A program made the translations under genes and the position numbers. A DNA stretch of 59,126 nucleotides, counting the filler, from Sphacelaria rigidula (lineage: Eukaryota): NCBI GenBank assembly GCA_964200075.2. It is 4 parts of 4 records of this genome, joined end to end, with 100 filler letters (N's around TTAATTAATTAA, not from the genome) between each part and the next. Parts side by side here need not be neighbours in the genome. Positions count along the whole stretch, not along the records: positions 1 to 14,708 come from CAXNAA020002080.1; positions 14,809 to 29,515 come from CAXNAA020002081.1; 2 more parts are not named here. One strand, written 5' to 3'. Numbering within the stretch: the first letter of the stretch is position 1; every line of letters begins with the position of its first letter. Shown here piece by piece: positions 13,875 to 26,444 of this stretch. The notes beneath the pieces were generated by a model. It was given only the letters and a program-made list of their open reading frames with translations, was not told the DNA's origin and did no database searches.

Positions 13875-14708
13875 AAGCGACAAAAAGAAACAGACTGATC
13901 GCCGAGTGGGCAAGAAAATTGTCGTACACACTGATCATGATATTTGAAATAACGGAGTTCCTCCAACGATCCATCACTCGAAGTTGAAGATTTATGATCT
14001 TGAATGTGGAGAAAACGTGCAAATGGACAATTCGGAGGGTATCACGTTGAGGTTTTGGAGCAACGTCTATTTTACTGCATCCTTGACAAAAACACCCGCC
14101 CTAATCTCCAGAATAAAAAATCGAGAAGTAAACCGACGGAGTGATTGTCTTGAACTTGTCCATCCCCAGCTCCCCCCGAAATGTCAGACCCTCACTCTCA
14201 AGCCTTGAGCAAGAAACTCAGTTCCAGTGACTTTGACGATTTGGTGCAATATCGGCCCATGCGGTTGACTGGGTGAAAAACCGCTGATTATCCTGTTTTT
14301 TTCAAACAGCATACCACCCTGCCATCTCTTCGGTAGATCGTGGCACGCAGAGTAGAGTGTGCGCTCTGATGTCGGCGTCAAGTGGTGTAGCCGGATCCAC
14401 TCACCTTGTTTGTTTTTTGTCTTTCCGGGGCGAAAGTTTCACCTTGTTTCACGTGAATGTGTTTCACAACATAGAGTTTCACGAATTGCTAACCAGAGTG
14501 TGCGGCGCATTTTGAAATACTTGTACCGTTTTGTGTATTTTGCTTGATATGATACTTTGAGCTCGTGCTCGCGTGACGTTCCCTGCATACACTCGTTTTT
14601 GTCTCAAGTACGTAGTGGGACGGGCAAGTGTAAATGGTAGATGTACTCATGCATGCCATAGTCATCAGACCATTGACCTCGCATCCCTACAAAGCCGGGA
14701 CGGAGCAC

Positions 14709-14808
14709 NNNNNNNNNNNNNNNNNNNNNNNNNNNNNNNNNNNNNNNNNNNNTTAATTAATTAANNNNNNNNNNNNNNNNNNNNNNNNNNNNNNNNNNNN
14801 NNNNNNNN
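14709..14808. other. Assembly join: 44 N + TTAATTAATTAA + 44 N
   Basis: The identical 100-nt structure occurs at all three large gaps; it is an artificial linker with stops in all six frames. Confidence 0.97.
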
Positions 14809-15683
14809 GGGGTTAGCCGCAGTGGATGATGCCCTTCGTATAGATTGAGGCAAAAAAAATGTCTACACGTCGGACAGCTCATGAGCTATCTGAACATTAC
14901 TTATTCATGTACTGATCCGGGTCACGAGCTCGCTCATTTGACCCCTTATCTCCGTATTTGCTCCCTACAGCGCTGGACCCCGAGCACGCGGTGTAGCGCA
15001 AAGGTAGCGCTTGGGTTCTCGGCACACCCCGCTGTCACACATTTTGTGTTCTCAGACAATGGATATCATTACTCGAGTCCTTTTCGACTAGGTATTTTCG
15101 GTGGCTCATGAGCAGTCCGACGTGTGAAAACGTCACATCTATCTTCGCACCGCTGCATTCAACGGGCTCGCGCGAACATGAGGAGTTGTTTCATTCAAAA
15201 TGATGAGCCCGAGTGCGTACAGGCGTTCGGGGAATAAAAAAACGGTACTCATACAACACACGGGGTAGGGGAAAATATCGAACACAAAGCATTGGACTGG
15301 GTGAGGACTATAAACAGAGAAGAGACAGAGAAAAACACGACCAATGAACGAAAAAAAACGCGCGACCCCCCCCCTCCGTTTGCTGCGAGCATAGTTTTCG
15401 GAACACAATTTTCGCTGACGATTTGAGCTCTCTCCCAGCCAACGCTGCTACAGTAGCTCAGATCAGGCGTGTTCGAGTGGTATAGCAACACTCCGTGATT
15501 CTTTTATTTGTTTTCCTTCTTCAAAACAAGCAAAGTGATACAGCAAAACAGCTGTTTGAGCTTTTGTTTTATTCTCGTGTCTGATCATCTCACAAGATTT
15601 TGCATCGCATATTCACCCCCTTCTCATTTCACAAGAAATGCAAAGCATTCCAACCCCCTTCCCCTCCCCAACTGCACGCTCAC

Positions 15684-15824
15684 CTTGTTGGCCAGCGTCA
15701 TCTCTGATGGAGACAGCATGCGATCCAGGACCCGCAGGCGGCCATCGGCGCGGGAAAACAACTCGAACGCGTTGGCATCCACCGTGTATATCAGTGGAGA
15801 CATCAGCTCCCGCAAGGTACCTAC
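15684..15824 (-). CDS. recN: RecN exon 4; later exons not found (probably in or beyond the gap at 14709)
   Basis: CAG|VGTLRELMSPLIYTVDANAFELFSRADGRLRVLDRMLSPSEMTLANK|GTGAGC; 141 nt, phase 0/0. Matches RecN 'LRELxxxLxxI...xLxLLDR'. Confidence 0.85.
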
Positions 15825-18300
15825 CTGAGTAGACGACGGATTGAGGTAGAAAGCCCGCGCGGAGGGGTTGATGAGATTTGCGTCCATACATACCCTCTGT
15901 GGTGCAAAATATTTCTTACATCAGTTTTCTCACGAGAAACACACTTTTTTTCACCTCCACGTGATATTGGGCCTTCATGTCCGGTATGCAGAAATGGGGA
16001 ACTGAAAAAAAACACGACATGTCGTTTATCCAGCTTCGTTCCTTCTTTGTGTTTTGTCTTGACGGGCATGGCAGGGGGTATCGCCTGTATCTCACATCGC
16101 TGGTACCTGCCGCCTCTGCGTCACATCGCGGGCGAATGTGAGTTGATCATCTTTGGATGCAAGACACGAGTGGAAGACATGTTGTGTTCAGCACGTGCTC
16201 AGCACGACAAAGTCGAATGTGCGCACCACATGATTAGCGGGATCGTCCCCTTCCAGCAAGGTTGGGACCTGCCCTGTGAGAGCTTCTACACTAAAGCAGG
16301 GTAATGTGTCGGTGTAAGCATGTGATCCCCTCATGCTGCATGATTTTGTGTGTGAACGATTGCTACGTGTGATTTAATGCGGGCGGATCTATCGATGCAA
16401 GATCTCCACCAGCACTGCGACGGTACGGCACAGCAACAAAAATGAAATATTTATTACCGTAGTAAAATTACACAGGACTTCAACATGACTTTAAGAGCAG
16501 CCTGCGCCTGAGAGACTTCACCCGAGGTGAACATTACGGACTGGCCCCTTACCCGCAATTGCACCTATATTCTTGAAACGGTGGGGGTGCCTGGGCTGGT
16601 TTTAAGGAGTTTTGCTCGTTTGTCCTTGAGCTAAATTTTTACAGAGAGAAGGCCAAGCCTATTTCATCATATTTCGTCTCTTTCGCGGCATTTCAGGCGA
16701 CACACTTCTCGCGTTGCCCGGAGAACGACGGTATGGATCGGGTACTATGAGAAGTCCTTTGGAACGGGAGGACTAGGCCTCCTCCCGTGATATTCTGTCC
16801 CGTCCCGTCCCGTTCGCACGGAAATATGAAACCCGTCCCGTGACATTCCGTCCTGTACTCATGGCATCGTGCGTATCAACACCCCAACCCGTCACGTTGA
16901 GACTGGGATTTTCCGAAGAACTTGGTGGCTATGATACTTGGGCGCACGAACAAAGAAATCGACGGCAGTTTTGACATAAAATAGGCGCTATCAACACTTC
17001 AATCGAAGGAAAACAAAAGCAACCACTGCAAGGGTACAGCTGCGCCAAGCACCGGAGAGGCCAACACCCCATCACTAACTCAAACAATGCTGGCTCGTGG
17101 CTAGGCTTCTTGGTTTCACCAAGCGTCTCTCTCGACCGTCGGCATGTATGTCTCGTGGTCCTGACGGTTCATGACAGCACTGTACTCTATATGAGCGATC
17201 AAAGTGCAAAGCCGGAAAGAGTAGGCGATTTTGCATTAAATGTGTCTCACATCGGTACAGATGAAAGTTGCACATGGTATATCTTAGTCTCTCTCATCAT
17301 CAAACACGGAACATTGTCATGAATGCTTCCCCGGCAACGGATTGGGGTCAGCAGAATAGTTGAGAATGGCACTTCGACAACCTCATTGATGTTTCAGCAC
17401 AGGACTGACTACCCTACAGACAAAGGCCAGTATGGCACCGGATGGTACTTCGGCAGCCTGCTGATATTACCTGCTATCGTATACTGTACTGACTTCTGTA
17501 CTGTATCTTCTGCACTATGCTCAACCATATGCCGCAGAGATTTGACGGGAAAAATTTATCCGGTTCACGGGATGCCACGAAAGACAGGATGGGACATTCC
17601 GTAGCATATAATGGGAAAAGGTCAGGGATATATTGTGAGATGAGGACGGCAACGGGAGAAACGAAGAGGAAGTCGGGACGGATCGGGTACTTTCCTCGTC
17701 GCATGAAAGAATGACGGGACGGGGAGTACATTGTGACGCCGGTCAGTACCTTCTCTGTGCCTCCCATCGACCAAGTTTACGAACTCGTACGTGAGGGAGA
17801 ATTCTTTGCGACAGATGTAGACGAACAACTACTCGTTCGACATGCCACGTCTCCACCTGGCACAGGCTCGGCTGTTGTCACCTGCCGCCATGCCATGTCG
17901 CTCGGTGATGACCCCATTCGTACATGAAAATATCCCCTTGGGTCATGACAGGGTGTCATATTGACTTGTGCTGCCGTTCATGTGTTACCCGCTTTTTGGC
18001 GACGCTGGAACCCCTCTTGCTAGTGGAGCGGCGCGAAAGCTTTCACCGCTCTGGAGTCCGGCGTTGTTTCAAGTGCCAAGCACGCGAGACGTACCGACAA
18101 ACAAACGGTGAAACCACCAAACGGACCTGGTCACCTTGTGACGTTCGATGACTGCCTCGGCTTCTTCCCAGCCACGGGTCGCGGCAACGCCTACATTATG
18201 TTGTTGACAGATCGTTTCAGCTGATACGTTGCCATGTATCCAGTGACAACTGGAGACCTTACCGCGGCTACCACTGCAGACGTCCTTCTTTACGACTACA

Positions 18301-18406
18301 TTAACCCTTAGACCGCGAGAGTAGTCTTTCTGGATCATGCATACATTTTTTCACTTGAAATTGATGCCGATTCAACAAAAGACTAACCTCGCGGTCGAAG
18401 GGTTAA
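18301..18406. mobile_element. piggyBac-like MITE (TTAA TSD)
   Basis: TTAA|CCCTTAGACCGCG...CGCGGTCGAAGGG|TTAA; a second copy lies at 52081. Confidence 0.85.
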
Positions 18407-19529
18407 ACACCATTATTGTCCGAAACAGCTCATGCCCGACAACGGTCAACAGTTTTTCGCAGATGTTTCCATTGTGTAATATAATGGCATGGGTATCTGC
18501 AAGATAGCCACGAGCGTCCACCACCTCAAGGGTCATGACACCGAGAGAGTCAGTTCCACCATGGCTTAGATGCTGTCGATGGTCGGGGGCGACCGCCAAA
18601 ATGACTGGAATCTCCACCATTCCCGTAGCATGTTGGCATGCAAGAATTCTGTCAATGTACACCTTGTGAACTTGGGCTGACGCCTGAAACCTACACCATC
18701 TGCACCTGGACTGAAGCCTGGAGCCTTCAACAGCTCTCGACACCCTTGTAATCAAGACTTCTCAGGACTGTCATGGGAGCTCGGGTATCACACTTGCACG
18801 CGTTGACATTTCGAGTGAAGGACCGCTATCACGATTTTACTCATTCCCCCTCACGGTTTCTCGTTTGTGCTTTACGCTTGTAGTTTCAACGATCTTTACG
18901 ATCTGCTGGTTCTGCAGTTTGGTGTGCGTGCTCTAATCACAAGGATGAAATAAGGTGATCCTTATGGTGGTTTCACGGTGCCACCTTTGTCTTCCTATAT
19001 CACGGGTTGACGCAATGCTCCCTTTCCGAGTATGGAATATGACTTTAGCGCTTCGACCTCGGCGTGCCGAACCTTGGCTTCCCGCGCTGTAGCGTGAAGT
19101 TGTCAGATGTTACATTGAAGCGATGCTTTTTCGGTGAGGGGAGGGACGGATTTCGCCCAAGTGCTTCTTTTTCTTCTCTGCCTTGTACGACTTTGTTCGT
19201 ATGTAAAAGATTGTTGTGTCTTCAGAGTGAATGTGGCGTAGCTTTATTGTACCAAAAGTGCCTTCGATGCAACCGTATAGTAAGGGCCCGTCTGGGTAAA
19301 CTGGGCTCACGAGGCTCAAAGGCGCAGTGGGATTTTTTGCCACGTAGAACTGCAAGCACAGACCCGTACATCGAGGTATGGAATCTTCACCTGCTGTATC
19401 ATTTTGAATTTCAGCGGGGTATCTATCCGTGGTCGCTGTTACGATACGTCCCCTCAACCCCTACTCGCTGTGCATGATGCGTGCTCTCTCAGACACCCAT
19501 TCTAGCCGCCCTTTCCCCGCCTATAGCCG

Positions 19530-20649
19530 CTATATTTATATATGAATAAAGTAATAGAAAGGGGTAAGGCACTGATAGGCAGGACGGACCTGATCCTCAG
19601 AGACTCGCACCTAGATACTAGGATCAAGAGACGTATCCTGATTAACGTGATTGTACCAAAGCTGGAAGATGCAGAAGAAGTGTGAGGGGGGGCGTGAAGT
19701 TGGTGAACAAGTTGGAAACAATACAGACGGCAGCAGCTAAGAAAATACTTGGGTGCTCGAAAACGACTAGTAATACAGCTTTGAGAGCAGAGTTGGCAGT
19801 GTACCCACTCGAAACAAACAGAGACATTTAAAACAGAGACATGAGGAAACTGAGACGGCAATATAGCGTCAAGAACATGCAGAGAAAGAGATTGCCAGTC
19901 ATAGTTGATAGGGTTGTATGGAATAAAATTACGAAAGGACAGACTGGAATAAGGTGGGATAGAGAAGTCGAGAAAGTATGGGAAGAGATAGGAGGATACC
20001 AAGACTAAATACCTTCATATGTGAAAATGCGGGGTACAAGACAAAAATAAGAGACATGATAGAAATGAGCGGAGAAGCAATGCTCATTCGCAAAGTAGAC
20101 GAGGAAGACACTGAAAATACACGATGGGTTGAGAGAGGGGATGGGGATGAAAGCACATCTGTATGGCTCAATGGACGAGGCGAAAAAATTGAAACTGCAA
20201 TTTCGGGTTGGGGACCTGGACCTGCCAGAAAGAAGGAAGAGATATATCGGTAATTCGAGAGGAGGAAGTAGATGCACGGAGTTGCCCTTGTGGCGAAGCA
20301 ATCGAGAGCAGAAGTCATATAGCGGCAGAATGTGATTTATACAAGGAGGAATGGGACGTGCTAGAGGGGAAAATGCGGGACGCGAACGAAGGTGGCATGA
20401 AATCGTTTGATGCATCAGACAGTAGTGAGAAACAATGGCTATACGAGGAGATAGATGGTGGCCACAGACGGCGAAACAGGACGGGGATAAGATATGTACA
20501 AGGTTTTTGCATACTATCTGTAATAAACTTAATGAGCACCGAAATGTTGGAGGTGTCTTTATCAGGAGTAGGAACAATGCTCCGTCTCGAAAGGGATGCG
20601 TGGTCAATGGTCAAACGACCAAGGCAAACAGTAAATGAGCACGCCCGCC
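19530..20649 (+). mobile_element. 5'-truncated non-LTR retrotransposon (LINE): RT thumb plus C-terminal CCHC finger, in recN intron 3
   Basis: Broken frames read VIVPKLE.AEEV*, KLETIQTAAAKKILGCSKTTSNTALRAEL, RWDREVEKVW and CPCGEAIESRSHIAAEC. 10-bp TSD cctatagccg at 19520-19529 and 20650-20659. Confidence 0.9.
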
Positions 20650-21582
20650 CCTATAGCCGTCCATGCCCTCTCCTATCTACCAGACTGTACCACCAACTTG
20701 GTACACACGAACGACAGTATCGGGCGAGAACAATAAGGTCATAAAATCTTTGACTCACCAACAAGGTTCCAAGTGACCTGCGCGACGAACATCTACGGAG
20801 AGATGTGTATACCGCAAGGGTAAGCATACCCGGTCTCCAACCTCTTCACAGTATTGATGTATCATTTCAGCACGGCATGTCCACCTGAGATATCGATAAA
20901 CTGAATGTGGACCAAGATGGTATTTTTGAAAATCACGCCGACATGATGGATGATATCTTGATATCTCACTATATCGATATGGGCTGGTACCCGATACGCA
21001 TTCCTGGTGAACTGGTACGTCATCGGCCAGTTTAGGCAGATTTGTTTTTCAGCGGCGTCATACTCTAACCCCCTCTCCTTGCTCAGGACGATCCTGTAGT
21101 GTATTAGTCTCAATGGATCAACCCATCTATCCCACGGTACATTGCCCAACATTTTGCATGGAGCGGTGGATCAACACTTCTGCACCGCCAAGGCGTGACG
21201 GATTAGTGGACTTAAACCTCAGCACTAACTGTATACTCAATGGTTCACGTCCACGTCGTGAAAAGCGTGAGAAGGCGAGTTCATGGAAAACTCGACGTAG
21301 GACGACGGGCTGTGGGAATGCCGATCCAACTCTCAATAAGGAATGTTCAGGTAGGTACCGGGAGAGAGATGGGGTGATCCCTTGGGACTACGGATTCGTC
21401 CCGAGAAATTGGGGGTGCGGGATAGGTTTGAAAGTATGACGAACAAAGAAACCGTTTGTCGTCCAGAACACCGGGGGGAGAGATGAAGCGCAACGGAGGA
21501 ATACACAACATTTCAGCACACTCATTAGTAAATCATGGTTCGCCCCAAACGTGAAAAACAACCGCTACATGTTTCAGTTCAC

Positions 21583-21693
21583 CTTCACGGCGCAACCATT
21601 AACAGATGCCGAGGATCCCTTTCCTCCGATGGTGCGGCTTACGCTGAGCCTTCGCCCGTTCTCGGTCATGGGCAAGTCATATCGGTCCAGGAC
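21583..21693 (-). CDS. recN: RecN exon 3
   Basis: CAG|VLDRYDLPMTENGRRLSVSRTIGGKGSSASVNGCAVK|GTGAAC; 111 nt, phase 0/0. Matches the RecN 'RxIxxxGRSxAxING' segment. Confidence 0.85.
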
Positions 21694-23068
21694 CTGCGTA
21701 GTTCGTCATTTCCCAGACAGGAAAAACAGTTGAGAAAAAAAGTCAGGTTCCAACACGCGAGTAAGTGTTATTAATATATAAAAAAGGGTAAATACAGATC
21801 GATGTGGAGCATGTAGCTTCTATCGTCGTGATCCCAACCCTTTGACCTCCAGCACCGTTTCGGAACAGTATCGCCGGCTGACAGTCCAGGGGTATCCGTT
21901 TTTTCAGGAGCGGGGGAGGCGAGGTGGTGGTGTGCGTTTCCCACTCATCAGAAAACGCTCCTAAGATCATCATGCGTGAGTCATATACATTTCTTGGTCT
22001 TGCCTGACGGGAGATGGGGCGGCTATTTTGGTGTCGCATCGGTGGAATGACCCATCATTTTCCTTTACCAACCGCAGAATATCACTCCCTTGGAGACCAA
22101 GCTGGATTTGGCCATTAGAGCAACGACCACTCAACAATCAAAGCACACAGGAAAACGGGATATTGTTCGCTCTCTGCGCAGTCTCTGCCATCTGCTCAGC
22201 CCCTGTTGTGTTGTAAGGAGCTGCGCGCTGTTGTTGAAGAACGCTGAGCAGAGATAGATATAAGAGGGTAGGATATACTGTACTGTGTACAGTGGATATA
22301 CGGGGCGCTGTGTGTACCTCACCATTTATTGTATTCAGCCTCTAATGAGTGAAAAGGCGCGGCTGTACAGTGCAACAACAGCACGGTACCAAGGGTACGA
22401 TGGAGATTATGGGACATGCAGTGCAACATGAAAACAGGCAGGAACTGCGCCACCCACGTGTGAAAGTACCAAGACTGCGAAAGCGAGGCCCAGAGTATGT
22501 CGTTTGTGTAGATTGCAGTAGTGGTGGTAGCCAGTGTGCACCACTCACTTGCGCATGACGGCATGCATGTGCCGCCTACTCTACCAAACAAACGTACACA
22601 CACGTGGCCTGGCCAGAAAAAAGCGGTCAGAGGTTCACCGGCACCAACTCCCACACAAACGCTCAACATCCACCTGCTCATAAAAATAGACATGCTACAC
22701 CACTTGAAGAACAACAGCTCCGAAGCCAGAACTCCCCATGGGCAGTTTGTGGGAGATTTGGGTTGGGTCGCAATCATAGCGACTATCCATCTCTAAATGC
22801 GAGCGCCTGTGCGACACGACAGCTGTGCATCGACAGAGCCGTGGGCAGTGCATATATGGCCCACAGCGGATCCGATGCCATGCAGCCGGAAGCACGCAGC
22901 ACGACTGTTCCTCAGTTTTAACAGCGTTTCTGGTCTAGGATGCCCCTGGCACCACCGCTAGCTTAATATAACGTGGCACGTGCACAGGCACCCCACCTCG
23001 ACTATGTACCAATGTTGGCCCTGGGGTGTTGCTCTCTCTACCTACCCACCTCTCCCCCCTTGTACCTG

Positions 23069-23144
23069 AGGGTCTCGAAAGGGATGCGTAGTCAATGGTT
23101 GAGCGACTAAGGCGAGCAACGAATGAATACGCCCCCTCCCCCCT
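23069..23144 (+). mobile_element. ~76-bp 3' end of the same LINE, with 13-bp TSD
   Basis: gtctcgaaagggatgcgtagtcaatggt...gaatacgcccc matches 20584-20650. TSD ccccttgtacctg at 23056-23068 and 23145-23157. Confidence 0.85.
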
Positions 23145-23452
23145 CCCCTTGTACCTGGAATAACAGCAGCGCCGGAGTACACAAGGAGTCTTTACAACAA
23201 CGCCATGCAGGTCATATAACAACAATGCCATATAGATCCATAACCTAAGGGCGGTGTTACTAGGTTTGCGTAAATCGCTACATACGTGTGGCAGTGAATT
23301 TTCATGCCTGTCATGAGGATAGGTAAAACACATTCGATCCGCGCGCGGAAGAAAGGCGGAAGGAAAATGATTTTCACGGGCGAAACGCCTCTTAGTGACT
23401 ACGATAATCCGTTGCGCCTGAGGAGTAGGAACACGTGGTTCGGTCTTGTTTC

Positions 23453-23653
23453 GTCTCAGATCATGCAACGCAAGCAAGACAAGAGGCAAATAAAATAGGT
23501 GGATCAACGCCCTTTCATGTTTTCTTTCTCGGGAGGTTGCCTAAGGGGGGATTGTCTCAGTTCATGCAACGCAAGCAAGGCTAAAGGCAAATAAAACAGG
23601 TGGATCAACGCCCCTTCATATTTTTTTTCTTGGGAGATCGCCTAGGGGGGGAT
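23453..23653. repeat. Two-copy ~101-bp tandem duplication
   Basis: tcatgcaacgcaagcaag...aggtggatcaacgccc recurs at 23461 and 23562. Confidence 0.85.
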
Positions 23654-24220
23654 ATTTTATCGTTCGAACGAGAAACCAAATGAAAGCACGATCACGAAAC
23701 AAGAGGCGGCTGCTTCTTTTTGCTCCCGTCAAAAGCCGCCAAACATTAAAAAATACTACTTGCGCTTGTCCCAACACCACACCAAGTAATAAAAAGTCGG
23801 AGAACACATTCATACTTCCAGCCGGCTTCTTGTCCCTCTTTTTCTCTGGTTTCTGTCCTCTCTTCATGCCCTTCGACTTGAGTTTCTTTGCGGCGAGTGT
23901 CTTCATTTGTATACCTTGGGTGCACCGATCATGTAGCCACAGCTGAGTTTGTAGCGGATCAGTTACTTCAATTTGAGGCCAATAATCAAACTCTTAACGA
24001 CGGCACCCTCATGTTCCACTGTACTTACCAACACTTGTTCGCTCTACAAAAAAGACTTGTCATGCTAATGTGGGACGTGGCCCCATGTGCTTGGTATCAG
24101 GCCAGTTGACGGGGATGCAGTCAGTCAGCCCGGTGGGCTAGGGTCAGGCTGCCCTACTCACGCCTGTTGGGTTCAGGCCGCGACCCACATGATACAGGGT
24201 GAAGCAAACTGATCGATCAC

Positions 24221-24406
24221 CTCTTCCGTCAACGTCCGGTGCACTTCTCCAAGTTCTAGGTCCAGCTGGACGCGTGCCGTCGGTCCTTTAGGTCCCACGA
24301 GGTCCGTCCCCCTTACCCGAGCCCCCGCCGCTAGACTAAATGCACTGGAGATTAGGCTCTTCCCCGCCCCAGTTTCTCCGGTGATAGCAACCAGGCCGCG
24401 ACCCAG
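24221..24406 (-). CDS. recN: RecN exon 2 with Walker A (not in the ORF track)
   Basis: CAG|LGRGLVAITGETGAGKSLISSAFSLAAGARVRGTDLVGPKGPTARVQLDLELGEVHRTLTEE|GT; 186 nt, phase 0/0. TGETGAGKS is the RecN P-loop. Confidence 0.93.
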
Positions 24407-25516
24407 CTGACGGTTGGGAGACGCGTGGTGAGGGTTGGGTGTGATATATTTCGGGAACGTGAAGCCGTGGTGTCAAGGAGCCATCAGAGAGGGAATTAGG
24501 ACAACCGTACCCCTCTTCATCCCCTACGCCCGCCACCCGAAATTCGAAAAAAATACGTGCATTTTTGTACACAGATAACCTAGACAAATCAATCAAAATA
24601 GTCAAATAGTCATAACCCTGCGCTGTGCTCCACTGATGAGAATGTCCCACCGCACATGTTCAAGCCGCCGGCTGTGCTGATGACATTTTCTAGGGACTGG
24701 ATAACACTTGTTTCAGGCTGTTTTGGTCCTGTCGTCCCAGGATTGGAGCCCCACATCAGGTGAGCCCCCTGGATGTGGGCCTCGCGGTATTCTTGTGACC
24801 TCTGGGGACCATAGTAAACTCGAGCGCTGTGCGTGAAATTACAGTGAGATCAAGTCGCCTTTTTATTCCTACACTCAATTCGAGTAACTGATGCCCCACA
24901 CAAAAATCATCTATTTATCCGGCAGTGGAATGATTTGTTGGTACTGCGCTAAACTCAAGTAGCTGGCCACCCCCGCCCCTTTTCCGAGTTCAGACATCGC
25001 GGGGGGTTAAGTCTTGGCTGCCAGCCTCGTGTCGTCACAGCTTCCCCGGTTGACAGTCCCGGGGGATAGCGAGGTCTTCGGGGTGGGGGGGGATTCCCAG
25101 ATCCACAAAGGTTCCGAAGCCAACCATGCGTATTCCAGTGAATTTCTAGGGTGAAGAAAAAACATAAACTCAAGCGAAGCTAAGAAGGGGTCATCTGACG
25201 GATTAAAATCAGCGAAACGAAGGCCATTTTCTGTCGCAAATCACCTGAAACCGCCTGCTGTCGGCAAGGCATGTCTCATCATTTCGGGGGGACAACGGTT
25301 GGAAACATATGAGGGGATTTTGGAGCAGTCTTTGGCACGCGTACACATTCTAGCCTTATCAAGAGGGCTGCACCAAGTACCCCGTGGTCATAAACGCGAA
25401 TGCTCAAAAACATACAACAATCGCACTGAAGGAGTTCTGCGGTTCCCAACACCGCTCATGCTGCAAAACCACCAATGCTCCGTTGCGTACTGCACAGTCT
25501 GCGGCATTCAGCATGA

Positions 25517-25980
25517 GGCCGCTCCTTACAGCAAACCAAAACAAATCCTATACAAATGCTTTATTGGTCCTTCTTCGTCGTTTTACGCCCTATAAGAGGG
25601 CAAGGCGGAGTTTGACGCCTTGGAATGACTTGCTCTACTCGATGAGACGGTTCTCGGACATCTTCGCATTTTCCGGTGGCCGCAGTTTTTATTTCGGCCA
25701 AACTTGAATGTTTGTCCAAGAACGGTGAAGAACGGTCAAATCTCGAAAAAAACACTGCTATGTTTCTCTCGACTTGAAGGTCTCTGGACAAAAATGTTCG
25801 TTCGGCCAAGATAAAAACTGCGGCCACCGGAAAACGCGAACATGTCCTGGAACCGCCTCAACGAATAGAGCAAGTCATTCCAGGGTGTCACACTCCACGT
25901 GGCTCTCTTCAGGGGAGTGAAATGACGAGGACCGAAAAGGCATTTTTACAGGGCTTTTTTGTTTGCTATAACGAGCGGCC
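25517..25980. mobile_element. Foldback MITE, PIF/Harbinger-like (3-bp TGA TSD)
   Basis: tga|GGCCGCTCCTTACAGCAAAC...GTTTGCTATAACGAGCGGCC|tga; the arms are complementary over ~200 bp. Confidence 0.85.
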
Positions 25981-26444
25981 TGAGGTGCTGCCCACCCCAG
26001 TCCATCTCGTCTCCGAGGAGGCGTTTCGCCTTTTGAAACCACCGATTCCGAACCACAAACCTTACCTAGGCAACACTACTGAAGGCAACCTCAGAAGGGA
26101 TAGCGGTCGAGGGATCAACGAATTCCCCTTCAATTTCTTGTGACAAATCGCTTGGTGACGCAACGATCGACCCACCTCCCCCTCACCGGCGCCAAATAAT
26201 AGCGCCAGATAACAAGGTTTTTAATGTTGTAAGCGAATCATCATAAGACGAAACCTCCTCCTGGCACTTCGCTGTCACACATACAACGCACACGCTAGCA
26301 TGGGGATTATACGAACACCTTGTTAGCACCAAAACCCTGAATACCACAGACGAGTTCTCCGTTTCAGTCAGCTAGGGGTAGGGCATGTCCATAGCCGACG
26401 CTGTGACGATGACGCTTGGGATTTGCGTTCATGAATCCACGCAC

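Noticed and set aside
14753..14764. TTAATTAATTAA palindrome repeated three times in the window
   Set aside because: Always centred in N runs of identical length; an artificial scaffolding linker, not biology.
18660..21100. Micro-exon-like segments in recN intron 3 (e.g. SLGTLL, VKIPYLD, FYVAKNPTAPLSL)
   Set aside because: Exons 3 and 4 already join in phase into a continuous RecN sequence; these short AG..GT segments have no homology support.
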